Made by a program: the position numbers and the translations under genes
Shown here: in pieces, positions 18,765-28,720 of the stretch
Layout: each line of letters begins with the position of its first letter
Position numbering within the stretch: the stretch's first letter is position 1
The notes under the pieces: model-generated
What the model saw: only the letters and a program-made list of their open reading frames with translations
Told to the model about the DNA's origin: nothing
Databases searched by the model: none
Source: a virus
Taxonomy: Duplodnaviria; Caudoviricetes
Length of the DNA stretch: 64,000 bases
Virus record (IMG/VR): IMGVR_UViG_3300035491_000042
Location: 32,001 to 96,000 of that record
Reading direction: 5' to 3' (one strand)

Positions 18765-19151
18765 ATGACCGATTATGTATATTCAGATATGAATCCGCAC
18801 CTAACACTTAGTGCGGATTCAGCAGTAAACCTTGTATATGATGAAGATGTGATTATTCAGTCACTAAAAACCATCATAGCAACAGTTCAAAACGAACGAG
18901 TGAGAAACCCAATCGGGACTCGCCTGCTTCGCCTATTGTTTCAACCAATCGACAGAGACACGACACTTCTGCTTAATACAGAACTCCGTGAGGTCATAAA
19001 TAAGTATGAACCACGGGTTGAAATTGTTGGGCTCAGTGTCGTACCTAACCCGGATCAAAACTTCTATAAAATCAGGATTGACGTTCGCATTAAGTCTATC
19101 CAGCGAACAATATCGTTCAGCTCTCGTATTCGCTCATTCGCAACAACATAA
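18765..19151 (+). CDS. Baseplate wedge protein (gp25-like)
   Basis: IIQSLKTII.T...ERV.NP.GT.L..LLF.P; INKYEPRV. Confidence 0.9.
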   Translation: MTDYVYSDMNPHLTLSADSAVNLVYDEDVIIQSLKTIIATVQNERVRNPIGTRLLRLLFQPIDRDTTLLLNTELREVINKYEPRVEIVGLSVVPNPDQNFYKIRIDVRIKSIQRTISFSSRIRSFATT

Positions 19152-19160
19152 AGGACTACA

Positions 19161-21647
19161 ATGAAAGACTATACAAACTACGACTATCAGGCTAACCTAC
19201 AGCGTATGACTGATCTTCTTGCAAATGCAGAAGGTTGGGGTGAAGGCTATCAGTCATCCACTGGTCAGACATTGATCCAGATGGTGGTTGATGCAACTGA
19301 CTACCTTCACTACATGTTGGAACGTCGAAGCGCTGAGAATTATATTCAGTTCGCACAAATTCGCAGCTCTCTTATTGCTCGGGCATCTGATCTTGGGTAT
19401 CGAATCACTCGTGCGCGAGGCAACACAGGAACTCTGAATCTTGCCCTCCCAGACGATGAAATTGCTGTAGTTGATGTTGTTATCCCCCGTTATACCGAGT
19501 TCACTCGCAATGGGGTTAGCTACATCACAGCAGATGATGCGACGATCAAAGTCGGAGAGAACAGCGTAGACGTGAGCGTCATTCAGGGAAGCCTTGAGTC
19601 TATCACAGCTTCGGTCGATGGTAATGGTGAGATCATGATCAGTGATTATGAAACCATTGACAACCGTGGTATGATTGTTTCGGAAGGAACAGTAGAATAC
19701 CTTGACGTATTCACACAGACAGATGCAAATTTGCGTTCTCTGTCTTTTGTTGGCCCGGATGAGGCATTCTACGATATCAAGTATACCGTACTCGGTATGG
19801 TTATTGTCTTCGGTGACAACGATTACGGTAAACGTCCGTCAAACCCAGTGACTATCCAGTTCATTCGAGTCAATGGTTCAAATGATGCTGTTCTAGCGTT
19901 GAACCAGACGTTCGATGTCGTATCAACGCTTCCTCGTGAAATCGTTGCAACCAACGTGAGCCAGATTCGTGGGCACTTTGACGTTGAGAGTGATGACAGC
20001 ATCAGAAAGAACGCACCACTGTACCATCGTTCTGGTGGACGAGCTGTAACCAGTGACGACTATGCTTTCTGGGTGAAGAACTCCGGCATCGCAAATATTG
20101 TTGATTGTAAGGCTTTCGGTGAGGACGAGCTCGACTCCCTGATCTACAACCTGAACAACGTCTACATCACCTACCTGAAAGAGGATGGTTCTGTACTCAC
20201 AGTCGAAGAACAGAAAGCGCTACGATCATATCTTGATAACATCAAAACCAGTCAAGCGCATCTAGTGTTTAATGGTGCTCGCAAACTTTTGATTCAGAGC
20301 CTACTTGAGTTCCAGAAGAACCCAGAGGCACCTATCGCTGACTCGGAAGCATATGAGATTGTTTATAAGTTCCTCGTGGATTATTTCGACCTCGGGGAGG
20401 GATCGATTGGTGGTTCTGTACAGTCATCCGACATCATCAGAGACTTGTACCGCCTGACAACAACCAGAAGTAATGTCACATATCCTGTGATTGACTGGGC
20501 TAAGATCGAACTGAATGGTGTGTTTCCGTTCACAACACCGTTGCGAACTGACCGAGTATTGGCACGTCTCTCGACATCTTACACTCCTAGTAACGATGAT
20601 AAGTTTGTTTTGATCTTCGATAATCTTGTGTCAGAGGTCGACGTATACGAAACAGACACGGCCACCGATATCATGACTCGCATGCGAGATCAGATTTTCT
20701 TAACCACACCATTTACAGCTCGTGTTATTCTGAATGGCGTGGCCCTTGATGCGTTCGGTAAGCCTATCCCGGTTGAAATCAACCCTGCGGTTGGTGCGAC
20801 GATGCTCGTTGGTGTCGACACCCCGTACTTCGGACCTAGTACGCTTATTGATGGAGCTGCTGTTGGTAGTACACTTGCGCGTGTTGTTCTACGCTCTCCA
20901 GCGATTACTGTGTATCACTACTACTACTCGTCTCGTGCCGGTCGTAGACCGATGATCCCACTGCGTGATAACACAGAGATCAATTTCACAGCACCGTCTG
21001 ACACTGATGTTCTCGTGTATACCCGGTTGAATAAAGATCAAGAGAACACAGAAAGCCTGATCGCTACCATTCCGGCTGGTCAATCGTACAGCTTTACCTC
21101 TCTCAACGATGAACATATCCTACAATTTGAGTATGTTAATGATTCGTATGAGGATCGCACTGCGGAGATCATCTATGATAACTTTGATGGTACTTCATAT
21201 GGTCTGGAAATCACAAGTACAGACAGAATTGGTGTCTTCTCGGTAATCAAAACATCTGGTGACCTTGGTAATTTCATTGATCTTGATTACACCGTTACAC
21301 TTCCAGTGTTTGCGTCTGTTGTTGACCCTAACAAGGACTTGATCTTACCGGGTAGTGTGAAGATTGTTTATCCTGATGGTGTTGTTCTGCTTCGAGATCG
21401 CGGTGATGGCTACTTCGAGAATGTGTCTGGTGAGTTGGTGCCATCTGGTCGTATTGACTATAAGAACGGCGATGTGACTATCCCGAATGTCGTCCCAGAT
21501 GGAGAGTTCCTGTTCACGTACAAACAGAACAAGTATGACAACTTCGTCGTTGATGCGAATACCGCAATGCAGTTGATCGAACCGAAGCCTACCATAAATA
21601 GCACCATGGAAAGCCTCTCTACTATTGGAGTTGTGAATGAGTCTTAA
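19161..21647 (+). CDS. Baseplate wedge protein (gp6-like)
   Basis: N-terminal DYTNYDY, LGY, FGDNDYGKRP, ESDDSIRKNAP...RAVTSDDY. Confidence 0.88.
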   Translation: MKDYTNYDYQANLQRMTDLLANAEGWGEGYQSSTGQTLIQMVVDATDYLHYMLERRSAENYIQFAQIRSSLIARASDLGYRITRARGNTGTLNLALPDDEIAVVDVVIPRYTEFTRNGVSYITADDATIKVGENSVDVSVIQGSLESITASVDGNGEIMISDYETIDNRGMIVSEGTVEYLDVFTQTDANLRSLSFVGPDEAFYDIKYTVLGMVIVFGDNDYGKRPSNPVTIQFIRVNGSNDAVLALNQTFDVVSTLPREIVATNVSQIRGHFDVESDDSIRKNAPLYHRSGGRAVTSDDYAFWVKNSGIANIVDCKAFGEDELDSLIYNLNNVYITYLKEDGSVLTVEEQKALRSYLDNIKTSQAHLVFNGARKLLIQSLLEFQKNPEAPIADSEAYEIVYKFLVDYFDLGEGSIGGSVQSSDIIRDLYRLTTTRSNVTYPVIDWAKIELNGVFPFTTPLRTDRVLARLSTSYTPSNDDKFVLIFDNLVSEVDVYETDTATDIMTRMRDQIFLTTPFTARVILNGVALDAFGKPIPVEINPAVGATMLVGVDTPYFGPSTLIDGAAVGSTLARVVLRSPAITVYHYYYSSRAGRRPMIPLRDNTEINFTAPSDTDVLVYTRLNKDQENTESLIATIPAGQSYSFTSLNDEHILQFEYVNDSYEDRTAEIIYDNFDGTSYGLEITSTDRIGVFSVIKTSGDLGNFIDLDYTVTLPVFASVVDPNKDLILPGSVKIVYPDGVVLLRDRGDGYFENVSGELVPSGRIDYKNGDVTIPNVVPDGEFLFTYKQNKYDNFVVDANTAMQLIEPKPTINSTMESLSTIGVVNES

Positions 21648-22992
21648 AGAACAACTGATCAAGAATATCCCTGAGTTCCAACGAGAATCGCCTTCTATGA
21701 AGGCGTTTGTTAGCGCGGTCGGTGACTACCTTGATGATGCCAAAGAGGCAATTGAACAGTTTGACTACACATACGATGGTACACGAGGGACAGTATTCAA
21801 CGTAGAGCAGACTCTGAAAGATCGCGGGCTTGATATCCCTGCTGGTGTCCCAGAAGAGACACGCAGACGCGTCCTGAGAGACGCTGCGAGTATCTTTGCG
21901 AAGATTGGTACGTTTGATTCTTTACGATTCGCCTTGAGGCTCACGGGGCTCAAGGCGAAAGTTCTTAGTGGGTGGATGCCAGCACCGAGAACATTCCGTA
22001 CCGGTTTTATCCGCAATATCGACACAGATGTTGTAAGTCGCTATGACGTAAACCGTTATCTTTACACTGAGTTGCTCTATGGCGTAGAGGAAGTTCGCGA
22101 GGATGGTGTGTTCTTTCGTGGATACCGCTATGACGACTACGATGGTGACACTGAATACACTGACATCCCTATCCTCGGTGAGACATACGAAAACATCCCA
22201 GAAAAGAACTACACTGTGGCAAAAACGCCATATGTGATCGTTCGCATCGAAGAGGGTGAACTGAATGCGTCTATTGTTTCGTACACTGACCCGGTAACCG
22301 GTGAAACGTATGAATATTCTGCCGATGAAGAGTTTCGACTCGTTAACGAAATCATTCGATACTTTTTGGCTACCACGTTCCGCCCAACAACCGTTCGCGT
22401 TATTATCATCATCAATATTCAACCATTCTCAGATGAGATTGAGATTGTTGACGACTTGGTTGACGACACGACTTATACCCCGGATGGCGGGGATGACCTG
22501 TTTGATGGTCTGGCGGTTTCCGATGGGGATTTTGGGATTCTCTCTGAGTCGATCATTGATACAACTGCGATTGGTAGCGCCAAGATGACTATTGGTGGGG
22601 TAACTCCTTTCCATGCACCGACGGAAATCGTTTCGACCGATCCTATGAAGATTGGCGTACTGAGTCTTACTGGTGTCGACGACGAGGACGTGTATGAGGT
22701 TCAGAAGCCCAGTGGGACACAAAGCATCGATGTTGCGCTAGACGGTGCAACATTCTACGCATGCAGCGGCGACTCATTCGATATCACATCCCCTCCCGGT
22801 ACTGTGATGGAGTTCAGGGTTCAGTCATACAACTTGACAACCGGTGCATACGAATGGACTCCATGGTTTGATCTACAACCAAACGAGAATCTGAGCGGGG
22901 AATTTACTGTTCTCACATATCTGATCGAATTCCGTTACGTCTCTCTGCCGTCGCTACCGGTCAGAGCCGTTCTAAATATAACCACGCCATAA
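21637..22992 (+). CDS. Baseplate wedge protein (gp7-like)
   Basis: IPEFQRE..., KIGTFDSLRFALRL pattern; follows gp6-like gene. Confidence 0.55.
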   Translation: MSLKEQLIKNIPEFQRESPSMKAFVSAVGDYLDDAKEAIEQFDYTYDGTRGTVFNVEQTLKDRGLDIPAGVPEETRRRVLRDAASIFAKIGTFDSLRFALRLTGLKAKVLSGWMPAPRTFRTGFIRNIDTDVVSRYDVNRYLYTELLYGVEEVREDGVFFRGYRYDDYDGDTEYTDIPILGETYENIPEKNYTVAKTPYVIVRIEEGELNASIVSYTDPVTGETYEYSADEEFRLVNEIIRYFLATTFRPTTVRVIIIINIQPFSDEIEIVDDLVDDTTYTPDGGDDLFDGLAVSDGDFGILSESIIDTTAIGSAKMTIGGVTPFHAPTEIVSTDPMKIGVLSLTGVDDEDVYEVQKPSGTQSIDVALDGATFYACSGDSFDITSPPGTVMEFRVQSYNLTTGAYEWTPWFDLQPNENLSGEFTVLTYLIEFRYVSLPSLPVRAVLNITTP

Positions 22993-23003
22993 GGGTATGA
23001 AAC

Positions 23004-23582
23004 ATGATAAAATTTACTGAACAAGCATCAATGACTGACGAGGTTACAATCCGCGAACAGGTTATTGGTCAGCAAGAAGTACACACTGAAAGATTTGGTA
23101 TTCGTGGTGATGTAACCATTGTCGAGCGATGCATCAAAACTGGAAAAGTGCTTGACACTGTAGAATACAAGAACGTCGTACTGACGCAGGGTAAGGGTGA
23201 AATTCTCCGTGCTTTCTCCGTGCCTCTTTTGGACACCAACAAGGTGAAAACAATTGTTGTTGGTAATGATGTTGGGTCTGGTGATCTTATGAACCCGGAA
23301 GACCCGGATGCGTCGTATACAGAAGCTAACATGGAGACAGTTTATACTGTACCGGAAGAGGAGTTCTTCATTGACTTTCCGACTGATAACTCTGTTCGTT
23401 ATCGGGCAACACTGAATGGACCCGCTGTTATGATTCTGTATCCTAACCTACCAAACGTTGTGTATACCAGTGCGTCTATTTTCACAAACGCAAACAAGGC
23501 TGTTACGTACAAGAGATTCCCTGCTCGTACTATCTCTGCTCTGATCAGCGTAGAGATTACTTGGACACTGACAATCACCTAA
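23004..23582 (+). CDS. Baseplate / fibre-attachment structural protein
   Basis: KNVVL..GK; YKRFP...IS....ITWTLTI C-terminus seen in baseplate/collar proteins; TAAATA at 22973. Confidence 0.5.
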   Translation: MIKFTEQASMTDEVTIREQVIGQQEVHTERFGIRGDVTIVERCIKTGKVLDTVEYKNVVLTQGKGEILRAFSVPLLDTNKVKTIVVGNDVGSGDLMNPEDPDASYTEANMETVYTVPEEEFFIDFPTDNSVRYRATLNGPAVMILYPNLPNVVYTSASIFTNANKAVTYKRFPARTISALISVEITWTLTIT

Positions 23583-23598
23583 AAGGACAATAAGCCTC

Positions 23599-25518
23599 AT
23601 GACAACTATCGATAAATCGAAGATTCACTTCATTCAGAACGGTGAAGGGCACTTCCCGAAAGTCTATAACAGACCAACAGACAATCTCGCTGATGAGATT
23701 CAGCGTGGGTTCAATAGCATCGATAGTGATCTTGATCTTATTAGAACAAAAATCGCCGATGCTATTCGTGACACTGCTACCCTGAAACTGGACTTCGCTG
23801 CTAATGATTATGGTGTTGGTGGTGTTGGTTCGTATAGGGACGATAGTCTTGAGTTTGGTGATATCGTAACTTTCGGTCGATCTACTGGTGGTGGTCGTTT
23901 CAATGAACAGGGTTTGTATGAGTGGGTTGGTGTCAACGTGCCTCGAATTGATCATGACCCTTCCACGGTTCGTACTAACCTTGTAATTCAGAGTGGAAGC
24001 TTCGGTGGTTCGGAATGGGTTCGTGAACGGATAACAGTCAGTGATGGGACAGTAGTTGGATTGGACGGGGAACTGTCTGCGAGTAAGCTAATTGAAGACA
24101 CTACGACAAATAGTCACCGTCTCCGACAGAACATAGTTGTGATGGCTGGCACAACGTACACACTTTACGCGTTCGTCAAGGCTTCAGAACGAACTAAGGT
24201 AAGACTGTTTGCTGGTGGCACCTCTGCGTCTGCTGATTTCGATTTGGTTTCCCTTCAAATAAGCAACCAAGTAAACACAATTGGTGCTACAATTACCAAT
24301 CTACCCGATGGGTGGGTTCGCGTGAGTATTAGTTACAGACAGACATTCACCGGAAGCGCACTGCACCTAGTTGCGTTGCTCAATGAGAACGGGAGCTTTT
24401 CGTATCTTGGTGATGGTGTTAGTGGTGTTTCCATATACGGTGTTCAACTTTTACCCGGTGTCGATGTGTATGATTACATCCCAACAGAGGCAACCGCTAT
24501 TAGTACACCAGCAGAACCACTTGGCTTGTTGGTTGAAGAACCCCGAACTAACCTTTTCCCGTCATCAAATGGAGACGGTACTTTTGGTAACGTTCCGACA
24601 TTCACTGCAAACGCTGTTATATCTCCCGATGGGACATCGAACGCCACGCTTATTAACAGCGGTGCGTCACCTAACAGATATGAACTAGCTTTGACTTCCG
24701 GGTCTTCCGGCCTTGCGACCGGACAGGTATTCACAATCAGTTGGTGGGAGCTTCCCATCAATTACACGTTTAGTACGTGTCTGTCTCCGCAGTCTTTTGT
24801 GAACGCGAATATTATTAGCGGGACATTCGCGTTAGTACAGACTCTTCCTTCTGGGTGGAAAAGATATTCAGTCCAAGCAAGTATTATCGATGGAAGCCAG
24901 CTAGCGAGATTCAGGCTTTATTTTAGTGGCGGAATGTCCGGTGTAGTAGACCCTTGTGCAATTTGGGGCATTCAGGTTGAGATTGGATCGCTTTTAACCA
25001 GTTTGATCCCAACCTCGGGGACTGCTGTTACGCGGGCTGACGACAGAGCGTTTGTCAGTCAAACTGGTTGGTTAAACGCACTGGAAAGTACGTTATACGC
25101 AGAGTCCTCATCGATGTCTCAGAACAACGGGTATCGTGCAACCGTAACAGTCAGTGACGGAACACGATACCATCGTGCCGGACTTTATCGGAAACATTCT
25201 ACAGATACAATTGGTTTCACTGCATATCTTTTTGAGAGTATTGAAGGTTCTGCTCAGCTAAACAATAGTTCCAACTTCAACAGTGTTGGATTTGCAAAAC
25301 AGGCTATGGGGTGGGATCGCTCAACGTTTGCAATGGTGGGTAATGGCGGGGATGTTGTTTCAAATCTTAACTCCCCTGAGCTCACTTCATTGAATCGACT
25401 TTTGATTGGTGCTGGTAGTTCGGTTACTACTGAAAAGCTAGCAGGACACATCAAGTCAATCCGCTACATCCCTCGTAGGCTAACAGACGACGAGCTGAAG
25501 AAAATTACGTCACACTAA
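23599..25518 (+). CDS. Fibre/spike protein, paralog 1 (lectin/CBM-like modules)
   Basis: Anchor IDK..I.FI.N.E.H...VYNRP; F.RSTGGGRFNE.G.YEWV...PRIDHDP; GLLVEE.RTNL; GHIKSIRYIPRRL. Confidence 0.7.
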   Translation: MTTIDKSKIHFIQNGEGHFPKVYNRPTDNLADEIQRGFNSIDSDLDLIRTKIADAIRDTATLKLDFAANDYGVGGVGSYRDDSLEFGDIVTFGRSTGGGRFNEQGLYEWVGVNVPRIDHDPSTVRTNLVIQSGSFGGSEWVRERITVSDGTVVGLDGELSASKLIEDTTTNSHRLRQNIVVMAGTTYTLYAFVKASERTKVRLFAGGTSASADFDLVSLQISNQVNTIGATITNLPDGWVRVSISYRQTFTGSALHLVALLNENGSFSYLGDGVSGVSIYGVQLLPGVDVYDYIPTEATAISTPAEPLGLLVEEPRTNLFPSSNGDGTFGNVPTFTANAVISPDGTSNATLINSGASPNRYELALTSGSSGLATGQVFTISWWELPINYTFSTCLSPQSFVNANIISGTFALVQTLPSGWKRYSVQASIIDGSQLARFRLYFSGGMSGVVDPCAIWGIQVEIGSLLTSLIPTSGTAVTRADDRAFVSQTGWLNALESTLYAESSSMSQNNGYRATVTVSDGTRYHRAGLYRKHSTDTIGFTAYLFESIEGSAQLNNSSNFNSVGFAKQAMGWDRSTFAMVGNGGDVVSNLNSPELTSLNRLLIGAGSSVTTEKLAGHIKSIRYIPRRLTDDELKKITSH

Positions 25519-25545
25519 CTATTGTGATAATATAGGAAACAAATT

Positions 25546-25740
25546 ATGCCAGTAATCGACAAAGGTAATATCGAGTTCATCGTTAACAACGAGAACCATG
25601 ACGCATCTGTCTACAACCGTCCTGTGGACACGCTAGCAGATGAGGTTCAGCTTGGTTTTAATGAGATAGACACTGATATCGCGAGCCTTAGTACCGGTAT
25701 CGAATCTCTCCTAGATGAGATCAATGGCGAGGTAATCTGA
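25546..25740 (+). CDS. Stand-alone fibre anchor/adaptor (64 aa)
   Basis: Homologous to the N-termini of 23599 and 31030; ends LLDEINGEVI; TGATG-coupled to the next gene. Confidence 0.7.
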   Translation: MPVIDKGNIEFIVNNENHDASVYNRPVDTLADEVQLGFNEIDTDIASLSTGIESLLDEINGEVI

Positions 25741-28712
25741 TGTCGTTCGTTGAAAAGTTTCAATATCTACGAAACACAAAATGGCTTCTTCGTGAAGCCA
25801 TCAGTGCTATTGGCGGGCGTGTATCTACAAGCGATACATTCAGATCGTTCAGAAAAGAGATTCTCAAGGATGAGGCTACCCTGATCCTTGATTTTGATCG
25901 TGACTTGTACGGTATCGGGGCAACGTCACAAACAAGAAATGACACCGCTGGTTTCTCCGATATCGTAACGTTCACTCGATCTACTGGTGGTGGACGTTTC
26001 AACCAGTTCGGTATGTATGAGTGGGTAGGTAATGATGTCCCTCGATTTGATCATGATCCAGCAACTCTGACAACATCGGCATCGAGTGTCACTATTGGCT
26101 ATGGTGAGAAGCGTTTCCACACCACCGGTCAATATGCACTTGGTGAATCTATTGTCGTGAGCTATGACGCCAACAATTACATGATTGGTACGGTAATCCT
26201 GTCTTCTGCTAGCACAGTGACCCTGAATGTTGTAACTGTTGTTGGTAGTGGGACTTATAGCGCTTGGACACTGATCGTTCGGCTTGGGCTGTTGGTTGAA
26301 GAAAGTCGGACTAATCGGCTGACATACAGCGAGTTTCAAAACGGGCTGGCTGACGCTCCAGTTAGATTCAATGTTACTGCTTCTGTAACGCCAGACTTCA
26401 ATCCCCTCGGGACTACGTCTTGTATAGTTTACCCTTACACACCAACGAGTAACACTTACGCATATAAGCAGTTCTCCGCTACAAGCGGAACACCTTATAC
26501 GTTCTCGTGTCTTGTGGTGATGGAAGACGGAGGTGTTCCCGTTATCGCGGAATCATCGACAGATGCGTCTGGCGACTTTCGTGTCGTAGTAGACAGCTCA
26601 AACGTGCTTATTTACTCCAAAGTGGAGCACGTTTGCGGTAACGTATACAAGGTAATCGGCCATAAGATCGGTGAAGCTACAGGGACAAGAAACTATGGTC
26701 TGTATAAAGCGATGGGTAACTCGACTCGCGGATTCAAAGTAACCGGATACCAGCTTGAAGTAGGAACCTTCCCTACCTCCTACATCCAAACCACAGGGAC
26801 TGCTATCACGAGGGCCAGTGAGTTATCTTACACAAAGACAATGGAGTGGTTCAACGCCGATGGTGGAACCGTCTACCAACACGTCGACTTCACCGACGGG
26901 CAAACCCAAACGACAGGCAGAGTATACCCTGCGATACTGAAAAGCTCTGTCGACGCTACCAGCTCTGCCTATACGCTGGGCCTGTACAACTTTGCGCGGA
27001 TGATTAAAGGAAATCCAGCCCCGACCGCCATTGATCCTTTGGGTACGTTCGACGGGGCAATGGGCAACGACGTAACTGACCCAATCAAGGTGGTGTACAC
27101 CTACGACGACGACGGACTCGTTACGGGGACAGCCAACGTTGGGGCCCCGAGGCCCCCAATCGACATGGGGTGCGACTTGTCACTGACTACCCGGTTAGGT
27201 ATCGTGCAGGCTAACAACTACTCAGGTCACATCAAATCCATCCGCTATATCCCTCGTCGTCTCGGATCATTGGAAATTGATGACGCCATTGCAACTATGA
27301 GCACTGAGTTTACCGAGGAAAAATATTCTCTGAATGGGATCGGGGGAAGCTCCGTGTCCGATGTTATGACATTCACACGTTCTACCGGTGGCGGGCGTTT
27401 CAATGAGCTTGGATACTATGAGTGGGTAGGCACTACCGACACACCGCGTATTGATCACGACCCGTCTACAGTAGGAACCAGTACAGACAGTATCACCATG
27501 AGTATTGGTGCTAAGACTATCAACACAACCAGACAGTATACTGCTGGGGATGTGATTTCAATTGCTTATGACGCATCAAACTATATGATTGCTCGTGTTC
27601 GTCATGCGACAGCGACTGTTGTTAATGTGGATGTCCTGAAGGTTGTTGGTAGTGGGACATATAGCGATTGGAGGATGGTTGTTCGTAAAGGTGTTATGGT
27701 TGAGGAGGGTCGGACTAACTTGCTGCCTAATTCAAAACCAATCACATACGGTTTTGGTGTGGCGACGAAAGAAGACGAAGTTGGGATTTCTGGTTCGATT
27801 GGGAGTGCTGTAAAAGTAACGCAAGTCGGAACCGGAGCAGAATATTCAAACTTAACAATTAGCGTAAGCACAACAACAACGTACACAACCTCTGTGTATG
27901 TAGCAAAACAAGCTAATGCCTATTCGGCGCGAATCTCAATTGGGCTATTACGCGCCCCGGCTGCGTCTGTGTATCGTGCAGACTTGCGCTTGAATCCGAC
28001 CGATGGGTCTCTCTTTCGGGCTAGTGGTCTAGCGCCGGCAACAGTGAGCGACGCTGGCGACTGGTGGAGAGTTACGGCAACAATTGTGCCAGATGGCGTG
28101 ATATCAACAATGCAGCTCTATGTAGAGGCGTCTAGTGCTAGGACTCCGGGGCAGTACAACACGTTCGACGCATTCCAGATAGAAGCAGGTACATCCGCGA
28201 CCTCCTATATCCCAACAGCAGGGACTGCTGTTACTCGTTCATACGATTCTCTATACCGCACAATCGGTTCGGAGATCGACTGGAATGAAGGTACTGTCAC
28301 TATGGACATGTCTATCGATAGTATTCCTCCTCAGTTGTATCGGCTGCTGAGTTTCAGCTCTGGTTCTGCTGACGACAGAATCACCATGTTCAATTCCAAC
28401 GGAAACTTTGGATTTGATTGTGCTGTTGGTGGAGTTACCTCGGTTTCGTATGACAGTGGCGTCTCTATGACCACTGGTAAGCATAAGATTGGTCTGTCGT
28501 GGTGTCGTACTCTGGGGATTCTGAAAATCGCGATAAACGGGGTTGTAACTACTGTTGATGGTGCTGTTTTAGACCCGTCAATCTTTGGACAGGTTTGGTT
28601 CGGACAACGAGGATATTCAGCCCTTGGTGCCATTGTCAACAGCTCGTTCGAGAATATCCGTTTCTCAAAGAGCATCATGATCGATGATGAGCTCTCGGTG
28701 ATTACCAGCTAA
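25740..28712 (+). CDS. Fibre/spike protein, paralog 2 (two tandem modules)
   Basis: Two copies of FTRSTGGGRFN..G.YEWVG...PR.DHDP...VEE.RTN; N-terminal K..YL..TK.LLR.AI. Confidence 0.7.
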   Translation: MSFVEKFQYLRNTKWLLREAISAIGGRVSTSDTFRSFRKEILKDEATLILDFDRDLYGIGATSQTRNDTAGFSDIVTFTRSTGGGRFNQFGMYEWVGNDVPRFDHDPATLTTSASSVTIGYGEKRFHTTGQYALGESIVVSYDANNYMIGTVILSSASTVTLNVVTVVGSGTYSAWTLIVRLGLLVEESRTNRLTYSEFQNGLADAPVRFNVTASVTPDFNPLGTTSCIVYPYTPTSNTYAYKQFSATSGTPYTFSCLVVMEDGGVPVIAESSTDASGDFRVVVDSSNVLIYSKVEHVCGNVYKVIGHKIGEATGTRNYGLYKAMGNSTRGFKVTGYQLEVGTFPTSYIQTTGTAITRASELSYTKTMEWFNADGGTVYQHVDFTDGQTQTTGRVYPAILKSSVDATSSAYTLGLYNFARMIKGNPAPTAIDPLGTFDGAMGNDVTDPIKVVYTYDDDGLVTGTANVGAPRPPIDMGCDLSLTTRLGIVQANNYSGHIKSIRYIPRRLGSLEIDDAIATMSTEFTEEKYSLNGIGGSSVSDVMTFTRSTGGGRFNELGYYEWVGTTDTPRIDHDPSTVGTSTDSITMSIGAKTINTTRQYTAGDVISIAYDASNYMIARVRHATATVVNVDVLKVVGSGTYSDWRMVVRKGVMVEEGRTNLLPNSKPITYGFGVATKEDEVGISGSIGSAVKVTQVGTGAEYSNLTISVSTTTTYTTSVYVAKQANAYSARISIGLLRAPAASVYRADLRLNPTDGSLFRASGLAPATVSDAGDWWRVTATIVPDGVISTMQLYVEASSARTPGQYNTFDAFQIEAGTSATSYIPTAGTAVTRSYDSLYRTIGSEIDWNEGTVTMDMSIDSIPPQLYRLLSFSSGSADDRITMFNSNGNFGFDCAVGGVTSVSYDSGVSMTTGKHKIGLSWCRTLGILKIAINGVVTTVDGAVLDPSIFGQVWFGQRGYSALGAIVNSSFENIRFSKSIMIDDELSVITS

Positions 28713-28720
28713 GGAAAAAT

